Below are positions 1 to 8,547 of a DNA stretch of 64,000 nt, one piece after another. Location: assembly GCA_050115495.1 (NCBI GenBank), contig JASFQK010000018.1, positions 32,001 through 96,000 of the forward strand, in the 5' to 3' direction. Position 1 is the stretch's first letter, and each line of letters begins with the position of its first letter. The notes beneath the pieces are model-generated. The model saw only the letters and a list, made by a program, of their open reading frames with translations. It was not told the DNA's origin and did no database searches. The position numbers and the translations under genes are program-made. This stretch comes from Phycisphaerae bacterium (GTDB lineage: Bacteria; Planctomycetota; Phycisphaerae; UBA1845; Fen-1342).

Positions 1-882
1 CGCGCCGTGAAGAATGGTCCGCCGCTTCGGCGGAACGTGTTGTTCATCACGTTCAGCGGCGAGGAGCTGGGGTTACTGGGCAGCCAGCACTTCGTCAGTG
101 AGCCGACGATCCCGCTGACGGATATCCGGGCCATGATCAACCTCGACATGATCGGCCGGCTGAGCAAAACGCCGCTGGCCATCATGGGGATCGATACGGC
201 GACGGAGTTCCCCGACCTCGTCAAGACGGCGGCCGAGCGGGCCGGGATCGAATATCGCGGCAGCGGCGGCCGGTTCGGCGGCAGCGACCACGCTTCGTTT
301 GCCCGCCACGAAGTCCCGGTGCTCTTCTTCTTCACCGGCATCCACAAGCAGTATCACCAGCCCGAGGACGACTGGGACCTGATCAACGCTCCCGGCGCCA
401 CGCAGGTGCTGGGCCTCGCGCACGATCTCCTCGTCGAACTGGCCGACCTGGAGAGCGGGCCCACGTTTGCCGAGTCGAAGGAGCCGGCGTCCGCCGAGCA
501 TGGCGTGAAGAGACCGGCTATCGAGGAGGAGCGACAGGCGGCCGAGGGTGAAGGGGCGCCGCCGCCTACGGACGAGCAACCGAGCCGGCGGGCGATGCGC
601 GTCCGGCTGGGCATCATTCCCGATATGGTCGGCGACGATCAGCCCGGGATGGTCGTGCAGACCGTTCTCGACGGCGCCTGTGCCCAGGCCGCCGGCCTGA
701 AGGACGGCGACCGCATCATGAAGATCGGCGACGACACAATCCGTGACATCTACGCCTACATGCGTGTGCTCCAGCAGTTCAGGCCGGGCGACGAAGTGGA
801 CATCGTCGTCGCGCGTGAGGGCAAGGAGCTCACGCTCAAAGTGAAGCTGGAGGCCGCGAAGCGCCGGCCGGGCGACGATTAG
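1..882 (+). CDS. M28-family metallopeptidase with C-terminal PDZ domain (5'-truncated by window edge)
   Basis: FSGEELGLLGS, INLDMIG, GSDHASF and YHQPED M28 motifs; C-terminal LGIIPD...GLKDGDRI PDZ; frame open from base 1. Confidence 0.88.
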   Translation, partial: RAVKNGPPLRRNVLFITFSGEELGLLGSQHFVSEPTIPLTDIRAMINLDMIGRLSKTPLAIMGIDTATEFPDLVKTAAERAGIEYRGSGGRFGGSDHASFARHEVPVLFFFTGIHKQYHQPEDDWDLINAPGATQVLGLAHDLLVELADLESGPTFAESKEPASAEHGVKRPAIEEERQAAEGEGAPPPTDEQPSRRAMRVRLGIIPDMVGDDQPGMVVQTVLDGACAQAAGLKDGDRIMKIGDDTIRDIYAYMRVLQQFRPGDEVDIVVAREGKELTLKVKLEAAKRRPGDD

Positions 883-889
883 CCGCCGC

Positions 890-1807
890 CTAGCTCGCGG
901 GCACGAGCATTTCGCCGCGCAGCGTCGTGTGGCAGCGTCCGCCGACGAGCGTGTGATGGCCGTTGGGGGTCGTCTCGACGAGGGCCCGCAGCATGCCCGT
1001 GCGCCCGCCGGGCACACCTTGCATGCAGTTCATGGCCGAGCGTCCGCCGACGTGGGGCACGAGCTGGTTGGCCACCAGCAGCACGGCGAGGGCGCCGTGG
1101 ACGCTGCCGGTGACGGGGTCTTCCGCGATGCCGACGGCGGGGGCGAAGAAGCGCGAGTGCACGTTGACGGAGGGGCTGAGCGTGTTCAGCGTGGACACGC
1201 AGATGCCGCGGATGCCGCGCTGCCGGGACCACTCGCCGAGCTCGCCCTGGTTGGGTTTCAGGTTCAGCAGCCGCTGGCATTCGTGGAGGAAGAGGATCAC
1301 GTCCTGGTCGCGGGTGCGCATGGCGGGCACGCCTTCGTCCACCTCTTCGGCGCGGACGCCGAGCAGGGCGTAGAGCTCGTTGAGCTTGCTACGCTCCGGC
1401 TGCAGGCCGGCCGACGGCATTTCGAGCCACCAGTTCAGCCCGTCGCCCAGCGGTTCGCCGCGGATGGCCAGTTCGCCGGCGGCGGTCGTGAAACGCATGC
1501 CGGCGTCGGCACGAGCCTGAATTTCGTCGGGCGGGGCGAGCTCGGTGAGGGCGTGGGCCGTGGCCAGCGTGGCGTGACCGCAGAACTGCACTTCGGCGAT
1601 CGGGGCGAACCAGCGCAGCCGCGGCGGCCGGTGCAGGTCGTTGCCCCCGATCACGAACGCCGTCTCGCTGGCGTTGATCTCGCGGGCGACGAGCTGCATC
1701 TGTGTGTCGTCGAGTTCGTCGGCGTTGAGCACGACGCCCGCCGGATTGCCGGTGTAGGGCGTTTCGGCGAACGCATCGATCAGGCGGAATTGCACGAAGC
1801 GGGGCAT
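890..1807 (-). CDS. PhzF-family isomerase/epimerase
   Basis: DAF...GNPAGVV, SETAF, EVQFCGHAT, EDPVTGS motifs; RBS AGGAGG upstream of ATG. Confidence 0.92.
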   Translation of the reverse strand: MPRFVQFRLIDAFAETPYTGNPAGVVLNADELDDTQMQLVAREINASETAFVIGGNDLHRPPRLRWFAPIAEVQFCGHATLATAHALTELAPPDEIQARADAGMRFTTAAGELAIRGEPLGDGLNWWLEMPSAGLQPERSKLNELYALLGVRAEEVDEGVPAMRTRDQDVILFLHECQRLLNLKPNQGELGEWSRQRGIRGICVSTLNTLSPSVNVHSRFFAPAVGIAEDPVTGSVHGALAVLLVANQLVPHVGGRSAMNCMQGVPGGRTGMLRALVETTPNGHHTLVGGRCHTTLRGEMLVPAS

Positions 1808-1843
1808 GTTGTCCTCCTACGGTCGACGTGGCGACCGATAATC

Positions 1844-2974
1844 TTAACCTGACAGGTACTCCGCCACGGCCTGCTCGAGGTTCGCCGCCGTGGCAAGCAG
1901 GGCCTGGTCGAGCGGTTGGTCCGGCGGGCTGATGACGATGATATCGCGCAATCGCATGCGGCTGGCCAGCTCGGCGCGGGTTTGACCAGGCCGCAGTCGC
2001 ACGCTACCTACGAACGCCACGACCGGCACGCTACGCGTCAGGGCTCGCTCGGCGACGCCGGCGACGACTTTGCCCCTCACCGTCTGGTCGTCGATCCGAC
2101 CCTCGCCGGTGAGGCACAGGTCGGCGCTGGCGAGCATCCGGTTGAGGCCGACGGCGTCGGCGACGCGAGGCAGTCCCGGGCCAGCGCGGGCGCCGAGCGC
2201 AGCAGCGAGACCGGCGGGCAGGCCACCCGCCGCACCGGAGCCGGCCAACACCCGGACCTCGCGCCCGGTGCCGGCGGCGAGGACGTCGGCCCATTTTTCG
2301 AGGCCCCGGACGAGTTCGTCGACTTCCGCCGGCGTCGCCCCTTTCTGCGGGGCGAAGACGGGGGCCGCGCCGAGCGGGCCGAGCAACGTGTTCTCGACGT
2401 CGCACAGCACGTCGATCTCGGCGGAGAAGGGGGCGTCCGGCGGATGAATGCTGGCTATTCGCAGCAAGTCCCGACCGCAGGCCGGAGCGGGAATCGTCTG
2501 CCCGGCGGCGTCGCGCAGCTCCCAGCCGAGGGCCTGGAGGCAGCCGGCTCCACCATCCACCGTGGCCGAGCCGCCGACGGCGAGGAGGATGTGCCGGACA
2601 CCGGACTCGGCCGCGGCGTGGAGCAACTCGCCGGTGCCGAAGCTGGTCGTGTGCAGGGCGCTGCGTTCGGCGGGGGCGAGCAGGCTGAGCCCGGAGGCCT
2701 GGGCCATTTCAACGATGGCTTGGCCGCGGACCGCGTTGCACCACCACGTGGCCTGGCGCGGGCGGACGCGCGGATCGCGGACTTCGAGCGTGCAGGCATC
2801 GGCCCCGGTGGCGCGGGCCAGCAGGCGGCCGGTCCCCTCGCCGCCGTCGGCCAGCGGGCAGGCGGCCACGACCGCGGCGAAGCGGGCCCGGCGGATGCCG
2901 GCGGTCATCGCGGCGCAGACCGCCTCGGCGTCGAGGGCGTCCTTGAACTTGTCCGGGGCGACGAGAACGGTCAC
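1844..2974 (-). CDS. glxK: Glycerate kinase (GlxK/GarK family)
   Basis: APDKFK, ADGGEGT, GGSATVDGG, FAPQKGA, TGEGRID motifs; GTG start at 2974 overlaps the lpxA stop (GTGA), so the longer ORF-track start is rejected. Confidence 0.92.
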   Translation of the reverse strand: MTVLVAPDKFKDALDAEAVCAAMTAGIRRARFAAVVAACPLADGGEGTGRLLARATGADACTLEVRDPRVRPRQATWWCNAVRGQAIVEMAQASGLSLLAPAERSALHTTSFGTGELLHAAAESGVRHILLAVGGSATVDGGAGCLQALGWELRDAAGQTIPAPACGRDLLRIASIHPPDAPFSAEIDVLCDVENTLLGPLGAAPVFAPQKGATPAEVDELVRGLEKWADVLAAGTGREVRVLAGSGAAGGLPAGLAAALGARAGPGLPRVADAVGLNRMLASADLCLTGEGRIDDQTVRGKVVAGVAERALTRSVPVVAFVGSVRLRPGQTRAELASRMRLRDIIVISPPDQPLDQALLATAANLEQAVAEYLSG

Positions 2975-3783
2975 GGCATTTCGTCTTCGGATGGGGGTTC
3001 GTCCGCCGCGTGCGACCGCCCCCGCAGGTAACCGCGCAGCGACTTGCCGCGCAGGAACTCCACGAGCCGCCGCCCGGGATCGGTTTCCACGTGACGAATC
3101 ACACGTTCGATCGCTTCGGGGAAGGCCAGCCCCGAGCGGTACAACAGCCGGAAGCATTCGCGCAGCTCGAGCCGCTCAGCGCTGCTAAAGCCGGCGCGGC
3201 GCAGACCGATGACGTTGATGCCGGCGACGCAGTGGTCAGCGACGAGCATGAACGGGGGCACATCCTTGGGCACGCGCGACATGCCGCCGAGCATGGCCAG
3301 CTCGCCGACGCGCGTGAACTGGTGGATGCCGACGTAGCCGCTGAGGAATACGCCGTTGCCCACCTCGCAGTGGCCGGAGATCAGCGCGGCGTTGGCCAGC
3401 TTGACGTCGTCGCCGACGATGCAGTTGTGGGCGATGTGGGCGGTGGACATGATGAAGCAGCGGCGGCCGACAACGGTCGTGCTCTCGGGCACGGTGCCGC
3501 GGTGCACGGAGGCGTGTTCACGGATGACGGTTTCGTCGCCGATCTGCGTGTACGTGGGGGCGTCCTCGTACTTCAGGTCCTGCGGCAGGTGGCCGACGAC
3601 GGCGAAGGGGTGGATGACGCAGCGGCGGCCGAGTGTCGTGCCCTGGGCGACGTAGGCGTGCGGGTAGAGGCGCGTCTCGGGGCCGATGTGGGTTCCGGAT
3701 TCGACGACCGCGTAGGCGCCGATTTCGGCGGTGGGGTCGATCTCTGCGCCTTTGTCCACAATTGCCGTCGGATGAATGGCCAT
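2971..3783 (-). CDS. lpxA: Acyl-ACP:UDP-N-acetylglucosamine O-acyltransferase
   Basis: IHPTAIVD, hexapeptide repeats, PQDLKY, HRGT, AHIAHNC, HQFTRVG, KDVPPF, GINVIGLRR. Confidence 0.93.
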   Translation of the reverse strand: MAIHPTAIVDKGAEIDPTAEIGAYAVVESGTHIGPETRLYPHAYVAQGTTLGRRCVIHPFAVVGHLPQDLKYEDAPTYTQIGDETVIREHASVHRGTVPESTTVVGRRCFIMSTAHIAHNCIVGDDVKLANAALISGHCEVGNGVFLSGYVGIHQFTRVGELAMLGGMSRVPKDVPPFMLVADHCVAGINVIGLRRAGFSSAERLELRECFRLLYRSGLAFPEAIERVIRHVETDPGRRLVEFLRGKSLRGYLRGRSHAADEPPSEDEMP

Positions 3784-3792
3784 ACCGGGTGC

Positions 3793-5061
3793 TTAGCCTC
3801 CGGCGGACCCGGCGGGGGGGCCCGCAGTACCAGCGACGCGCCGCCCGCCGTGCAGAACGGCCAGGGGTTTCGGGCGCAGCCGCACCAATTCCATCAGATC
3901 GGGAACGGGAAAAACGACGAGATTGGCCGGGGCGCCGAGGTCCTTGCGGTGGCAGGCCAGCCCCAGCACGTCACCGGCCATGTGGCAAATCATGTCGCAG
4001 GCCTGCCACAGGCGGGGCGGGGCGCTCATGTGCTCGGCGTGGATCAGCAGGTGCGCCTGGTCGAGCAGTTGCCCCGTGCCCAGCGGGTAGAACGGGTCAT
4101 TGATCGAGCCCTGGCTGGCGGCGCATTTCACGCCGGCGTCCAGCAACGCGCAGACGCGCGTCAGCCCGCGGCGTTTGGGATAGGCGTCGGTCCGGCCCTG
4201 GCGGTAGAGACTCACGCCGGGGCAGGTGACCACGTGCACGCGGGCTTCGGCGAGCAGGTCGATGACCTGCGCGGCGTACGCGTCGGCGTAGCCGGACAGG
4301 GCGCAGACGTGCGAGGCCGTTACGCGGCCCTGCCAGCCGCGCTCGATGGTCATGTGGGCGAGTTGCTCGGTGTAGGTCGAGCTCGCGTCGTCCGTCTCGT
4401 CGATGTGCACGTCGATGGAGGCGTTGAACTCGGCGGCCAGGTCGAAGACACGCTCGAGGTGGAGCCGGCCGTCCTGCTCGTTGCGTTCGCGGTGCGGCAG
4501 TCCGCCGACGAGGTCCACGCCGCTGCGCAGGGCCTGGCGCATGCCGTCGACGGCCTGCTCGTTGCGGACGAGCCCCTCACCAGGCAGGGCCACGAGCTGG
4601 ACCTTGCAGATGTCCCGCGTGGCTTCGCAGGCGGCCAGCACGCCCTCGCAGAGCCGCATGCCGGCGGCGGGAGCGACGTCGACGTGGCTGCGCAGGAAAC
4701 CGGTGCCGTAGTCGACCTCGGCGCGAATGGCCCGCTCGGCCCGCTGCTGCACGTCGGCCGCGGTCATCGTGTCCCGCATCTCGAACCAGTAGCGCAGGGC
4801 CTCCGAGGGGGTCCCAGCCGCTTCCGGCGGGAGCCGGCCGTGCGTGTAGGCCATGTCCAGATGCTGGTGAGCGTCGATGAGGGCCGGCATGACCAGCCCG
4901 CCGTCGGCGTCGAGGATCTCGGCCGGGGCGACCACGCCGGGCCGGGGCCCGGTGTCATCCTGCGGTTCGATGCCGACGATGCGGCCCTGGGTGATACGCA
5001 CCGACCAGAGCCCGACCGCGTCCCGCCGGCGTGCGTTGACGATCGCCTTGATGTCCATCAC
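3793..5061 (-). CDS. Cytosine deaminase (CodA)-like amidohydrolase with an atypical active site
   Basis: DAHQHLD, RSHVD, VGGLPH, DVHIDE, TASHVC, RRGLTRV, DPFYPLG; CodA Q156 and D313 positions appear to be Gly. Confidence 0.85.
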   Translation of the reverse strand: MMDIKAIVNARRRDAVGLWSVRITQGRIVGIEPQDDTGPRPGVVAPAEILDADGGLVMPALIDAHQHLDMAYTHGRLPPEAAGTPSEALRYWFEMRDTMTAADVQQRAERAIRAEVDYGTGFLRSHVDVAPAAGMRLCEGVLAACEATRDICKVQLVALPGEGLVRNEQAVDGMRQALRSGVDLVGGLPHRERNEQDGRLHLERVFDLAAEFNASIDVHIDETDDASSTYTEQLAHMTIERGWQGRVTASHVCALSGYADAYAAQVIDLLAEARVHVVTCPGVSLYRQGRTDAYPKRRGLTRVCALLDAGVKCAASQGSINDPFYPLGTGQLLDQAHLLIHAEHMSAPPRLWQACDMICHMAGDVLGLACHRKDLGAPANLVVFPVPDLMELVRLRPKPLAVLHGGRRVAGTAGPPAGSAGG

Positions 5062-5069
5062 CAGTCCGT

Positions 5070-5831
5070 TTAGGTTCGCTGGGCCGCACTGTCCATGAGG
5101 GCGACGACCGGCAGCGCCCGATCCAGGAGACGCTTCATTTCCCGCACCGCCTCCCGCAACCCGACGAACACCGCCCGGGCGACAATGCTGTGCCCGATGT
5201 TGAATTCCTCGAAGCCACCGACGGCGGCGATCGGCTCAATGTTGCGGTAAGTCAGGCCGTGGCCGGCGTGCACGACCAGCCCGAGTTCGTTGCCCAGGTC
5301 CACGCTGTTCAGGAGATCCTCCAGCGTGCGCTGCCGGGCCCGCTCGGTGCGGGCGTGGGCGTAGGCCCCGGTCCACAGCTCCACCGCGTCGAAGCCGCAT
5401 TCGGCCGATGCGCGAAGCTGCTCGGCCACCGGCTCGATGAACGCGCTGGCGGTGATCCCGGCCCGCTTGAGCTTCTTGACGACCGGCCCGATCCGCCGTC
5501 GCAGACGCTTGACGTCGAGGCCACCCTCGGTGGTCAGCTCTTCCCGGCGTTCGGGCACCAGCGTGCACTGGTGCGGCTTGAGACGCAGGGCGATCCGCAC
5601 GATGCCCGGGTGGATCGCCATCTCCATGTTGAGCTTGCCGGCCACCGTCTGCTTGAGCAGTTCGGCGTCCCGGTCGTTGATGTGCCGCCGATCTTCCCGC
5701 AGGTGGAAGGTGATGCCGTCCGCCCCGCCCAGCTCGGCCTCGGCGGCGGCCCAGACCGGGTCGGGTTCGTCCGCCCGCCGTGCCTGGCGAACGGTAGCCA
5801 CGTGGTCAATGTTCACGCCCAGTTTGTTCAT
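5070..5831 (-). CDS. pdxJ: Pyridoxine 5'-phosphate synthase
   Basis: LGVNIDHVATVRQAR, HLREDRRHI, LVPERREELTTEGG, HAGHGL, NIGHSI; RBS GGAGG before ATG 5831. Confidence 0.97.
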   Translation of the reverse strand: MNKLGVNIDHVATVRQARRADEPDPVWAAAEAELGGADGITFHLREDRRHINDRDAELLKQTVAGKLNMEMAIHPGIVRIALRLKPHQCTLVPERREELTTEGGLDVKRLRRRIGPVVKKLKRAGITASAFIEPVAEQLRASAECGFDAVELWTGAYAHARTERARQRTLEDLLNSVDLGNELGLVVHAGHGLTYRNIEPIAAVGGFEEFNIGHSIVARAVFVGLREAVREMKRLLDRALPVVALMDSAAQRT

Positions 5832-6071
5832 GCTGCCTCCGTGAGCAGAGGGTCCGCATATCCTAGCAGCCGGCCGCGTTTGGCGACAGCGGGGGGAGGT
5901 TACGTTGCCGGCCGGGGCGGCCGGACCGGGAATCCGCTCAGGTAGCGGCCCTTTCGTTACGAAATAAGGAGTAGGGGGGGCCGCGCCCCGCCGGCGAGCC
6001 GAACCCCGGCGGCGCGGGAGTTGGCGTTTCACGGGCGGCCGGTGGGCCGCCGCGTGATCGTGCGGAGGTGC

Positions 6072-6494
6072 ATGACCATGGCCGGCCGGCAGATGACAGC
6101 GGAACAGGCAAGCCAGCGGTTGGTGGCAGCGCACGCCCTTTGCCTGTGCCTGGGGCTGGCGTTGCTGATTTGGAGCTTGGCGCCGGCCGTCGTGGAACGC
6201 GTTCTGACGGGGCACGCCCCGCATTGGACGACGCTGGCTTTCAGCAGCCTGACGTTCGTGGTCGGGCTGCTCTTCGTGACCTTCCACTTCTTCATCCGCG
6301 GGGGCACGCGCTGGGCGATGTGGGCGGCGTTTGGCCTGGCGCTGCTGCTGGCGTCGGCCGGGATCATGGCCACCATGATGACCAGTGCCTCGACCCCGGC
6401 GCTGTTCTCCCTGGTGCTCGCCACAGGCACCGTGATCGCGACGTGGTTGGCCCTGCAGGAGAAGCAGACCGGCCGTCCACGGCGAGCGAAGTAG
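6072..6494 (+). CDS. Small hypothetical membrane protein (about 4 TM)
   Basis: Four hydrophobic segments; GGAGG RBS just before ATG 6072 (6078 is an alternative start). Confidence 0.7.
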   Translation: MTMAGRQMTAEQASQRLVAAHALCLCLGLALLIWSLAPAVVERVLTGHAPHWTTLAFSSLTFVVGLLFVTFHFFIRGGTRWAMWAAFGLALLLASAGIMATMMTSASTPALFSLVLATGTVIATWLALQEKQTGRPRRAK

Positions 6495-6744
6495 GCCCGC
6501 GGGGGGCCCAAGTATCGGACCCGGGAGCATTTCCGGCAGGACTTGGCGGGGTTGGGGCGTTCTTGGCCGATAGTGACGCTGTAGGGACGCGCTGGCCCAC
6601 CGCCGGTTCGTCCCCGCGGGATAGAGGTTCTGCCGGCGGGTGGTACGGCCGGCGCAGCGTGGAGAGAGTATGCTTCCGTGGGCACCGATTCGTGGTAGAA
6701 TCCGCTCGAACCAGGGGGCAGACGGCAATGGCCGGGGAACGTTG

Positions 6745-7140
6745 ATGAAGTTCGACCTGCATGAAGCCAGCCCGGGATTCGTGGTGCTCACCTGTAACGG
6801 CGGCCTGTCCTGGGAGGACCGTGAGTTGCTCTCCGCCAGCGTCGAGCAGTACCTGGTGGGACGGGAGAGTATCCGCGGACTGGCTCTGGACATGTCGCAG
6901 GTCGAGTTCGTCAACTCCGCCGGATTGGGCGCCCTGTTCCAACTCGTGCAGCGGCTTCGCAGTCGCGGGGGCCGGCTGGCGTATGCGGCGGTGCCGGCGA
7001 CGATTCGGCGGCTGCTGAGCACGGTGGGGATGGAGCGCCTGGCGTTGTTCGCGGAGAACATCCCGGAGGCGCTGCAGCTGCTGGCCGAGCAGGAGCAACC
7101 CGCCGCCGAGGGGAACCCGGGGCAGGATGCGAACACGTAG
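6745..7140 (+). CDS. STAS-domain protein (anti-sigma factor antagonist-like)
   Basis: LDMSQVEFVNSAGLGAL motif including the phosphorylatable Ser; TAGAAT -10-like box at 6695-6700. Confidence 0.88.
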   Translation: MKFDLHEASPGFVVLTCNGGLSWEDRELLSASVEQYLVGRESIRGLALDMSQVEFVNSAGLGALFQLVQRLRSRGGRLAYAAVPATIRRLLSTVGMERLALFAENIPEALQLLAEQEQPAAEGNPGQDANT

Positions 7141-7196
7141 AGCCGTGTGGGCGGACCCGGGCGCGGGGCCGCCGCCATCTGTGAGGAGACCCGTTC

Positions 7197-8486
7197 ATGC
7201 CGTTCATGTCGCCTCCCGAGACCCGTTCGGGGTCGCCGGCTGATGCTGCCGGCGCGAACCAGCCTGGCCGCCTGTTCAACGCCGAGGATTTCGCGGTCGC
7301 CGACCTGGCTCCGCCGGAGATCTGGAACCGCATCACGACCATCGCGGTGCGGGAGCGGGCCAGCGACGTGCACGTCAGCTTCCACAACGAGACGGCGCAG
7401 GTTGCGGTGCGCCTGGACGGCCGCGTTTGCCCGCAGGGCACGCTGCCGCTCGACCTCGGTCAGCGGCTGGTGAACCACATCAAAGTGACGGCGAACCTCG
7501 ACCCGGCGGAGCGTCGCCGGCCGCAGGATGGCCGTATCGCCGCCGAGATCGACGGGCGGATGGTGGATCTGCGCATCTCGCTGTTCCCGACGAATCACGG
7601 GGAGAGCGTGGCGGTCCGCGTGCAGGATCGCGAAGCCGCGCTGCTCGACATGGAGCACCTCGGCATGGGCACGCAGCAACTGAACGAGCTGTCGTCGCTC
7701 ATCGACGCGCCCAGCGGATTGGTGCTGGTGACCGGTCCGACCGGGGCGGGCAAGACGACGACGTTGTATTCGCTGCTCCGCCGGCTGGCCGACGGCTCGC
7801 GGAAGATCATCACGGTCGAGAACCCGATCGAGTATGACCTGCCCGGCGTCGAGCAGTCCGAAGTGAACTACAAGATCGGTGTGGACTACGCCAGCCTGGT
7901 GCGGGCGGGTCTGCGGCACGATCCGAATATCCTCATGATCGGCGAGGTTCGCGACGCCGAGACGGCCCAGGCGGTCGTCCGGGCGGCGAACTCCGGCCGG
8001 TTGGTCTTCGCCACGACGCACGCGGTGCAGGCGGCGGCGGCCGTCGAGAGCCTGGTGGCCCTTGGGGCGCATCCGCATTTCGTGGGCCGCTCGTTCCGTG
8101 GAGCGATCGCCCAGACGCTGGTCCGCCGGCTGTGCCCGTATTGCACGGTGCCGCTGGCCGAGACGGCGGACGCGTCGCTGCTGTCCGAAGTGCGTCACCT
8201 GCTCGAATCGCACGAGCAGCCGACGTTGTCGATGGGCCGCGGCTGTCCGCATTGCCGGCACACCGGCTATCGCGGTCGGCTGGGCGTCTTCGAGATCCTG
8301 GTGGCCAACGAGCCGATCCGCGAGATGATCGGCCGCGGCGCCCCGGCCCGCGAGATCTACGACACTGCTCGCCAGAGCAAGATGGTCACCATCGACCAGG
8401 CCGCCAAACTCGCCGCCCTCCGCGGCCTGACGACGATCGAAGAGCTCATCCAGAACGTCTCGGAGCTCTGGACGACGAACGGGTAG
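7197..8486 (+). CDS. GspE/PilB-family secretion ATPase, short form without the N-terminal domain
   Basis: ASDVH, RPQDG, Walker A GPTGAGKTT, LRHDPNILMIGEVRD, CPYC/CPHC zinc motif, GYRGR. Confidence 0.92.
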   Translation: MPFMSPPETRSGSPADAAGANQPGRLFNAEDFAVADLAPPEIWNRITTIAVRERASDVHVSFHNETAQVAVRLDGRVCPQGTLPLDLGQRLVNHIKVTANLDPAERRRPQDGRIAAEIDGRMVDLRISLFPTNHGESVAVRVQDREAALLDMEHLGMGTQQLNELSSLIDAPSGLVLVTGPTGAGKTTTLYSLLRRLADGSRKIITVENPIEYDLPGVEQSEVNYKIGVDYASLVRAGLRHDPNILMIGEVRDAETAQAVVRAANSGRLVFATTHAVQAAAAVESLVALGAHPHFVGRSFRGAIAQTLVRRLCPYCTVPLAETADASLLSEVRHLLESHEQPTLSMGRGCPHCRHTGYRGRLGVFEILVANEPIREMIGRGAPAREIYDTARQSKMVTIDQAAKLAALRGLTTIEELIQNVSELWTTNG

Positions 8487-8547
8487 GCGATCGGCCGGCG
8501 ATATCCCCACCTTCGCAGTGATGCGCGCGGTTCGCTACAATCGCGCC

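Noticed and set aside
3010..5073. 687-aa plus-strand ORF, and similar ones at 27731, 44698 and 56443
   Set aside because: Antisense to genes with clear family motifs
5832..8510. 1146-aa minus-strand ORF appearing as a giant PdxJ fusion
   Set aside because: Only the last 253 aa are PdxJ, which has its own RBS; the rest is antisense to three real plus-strand genes
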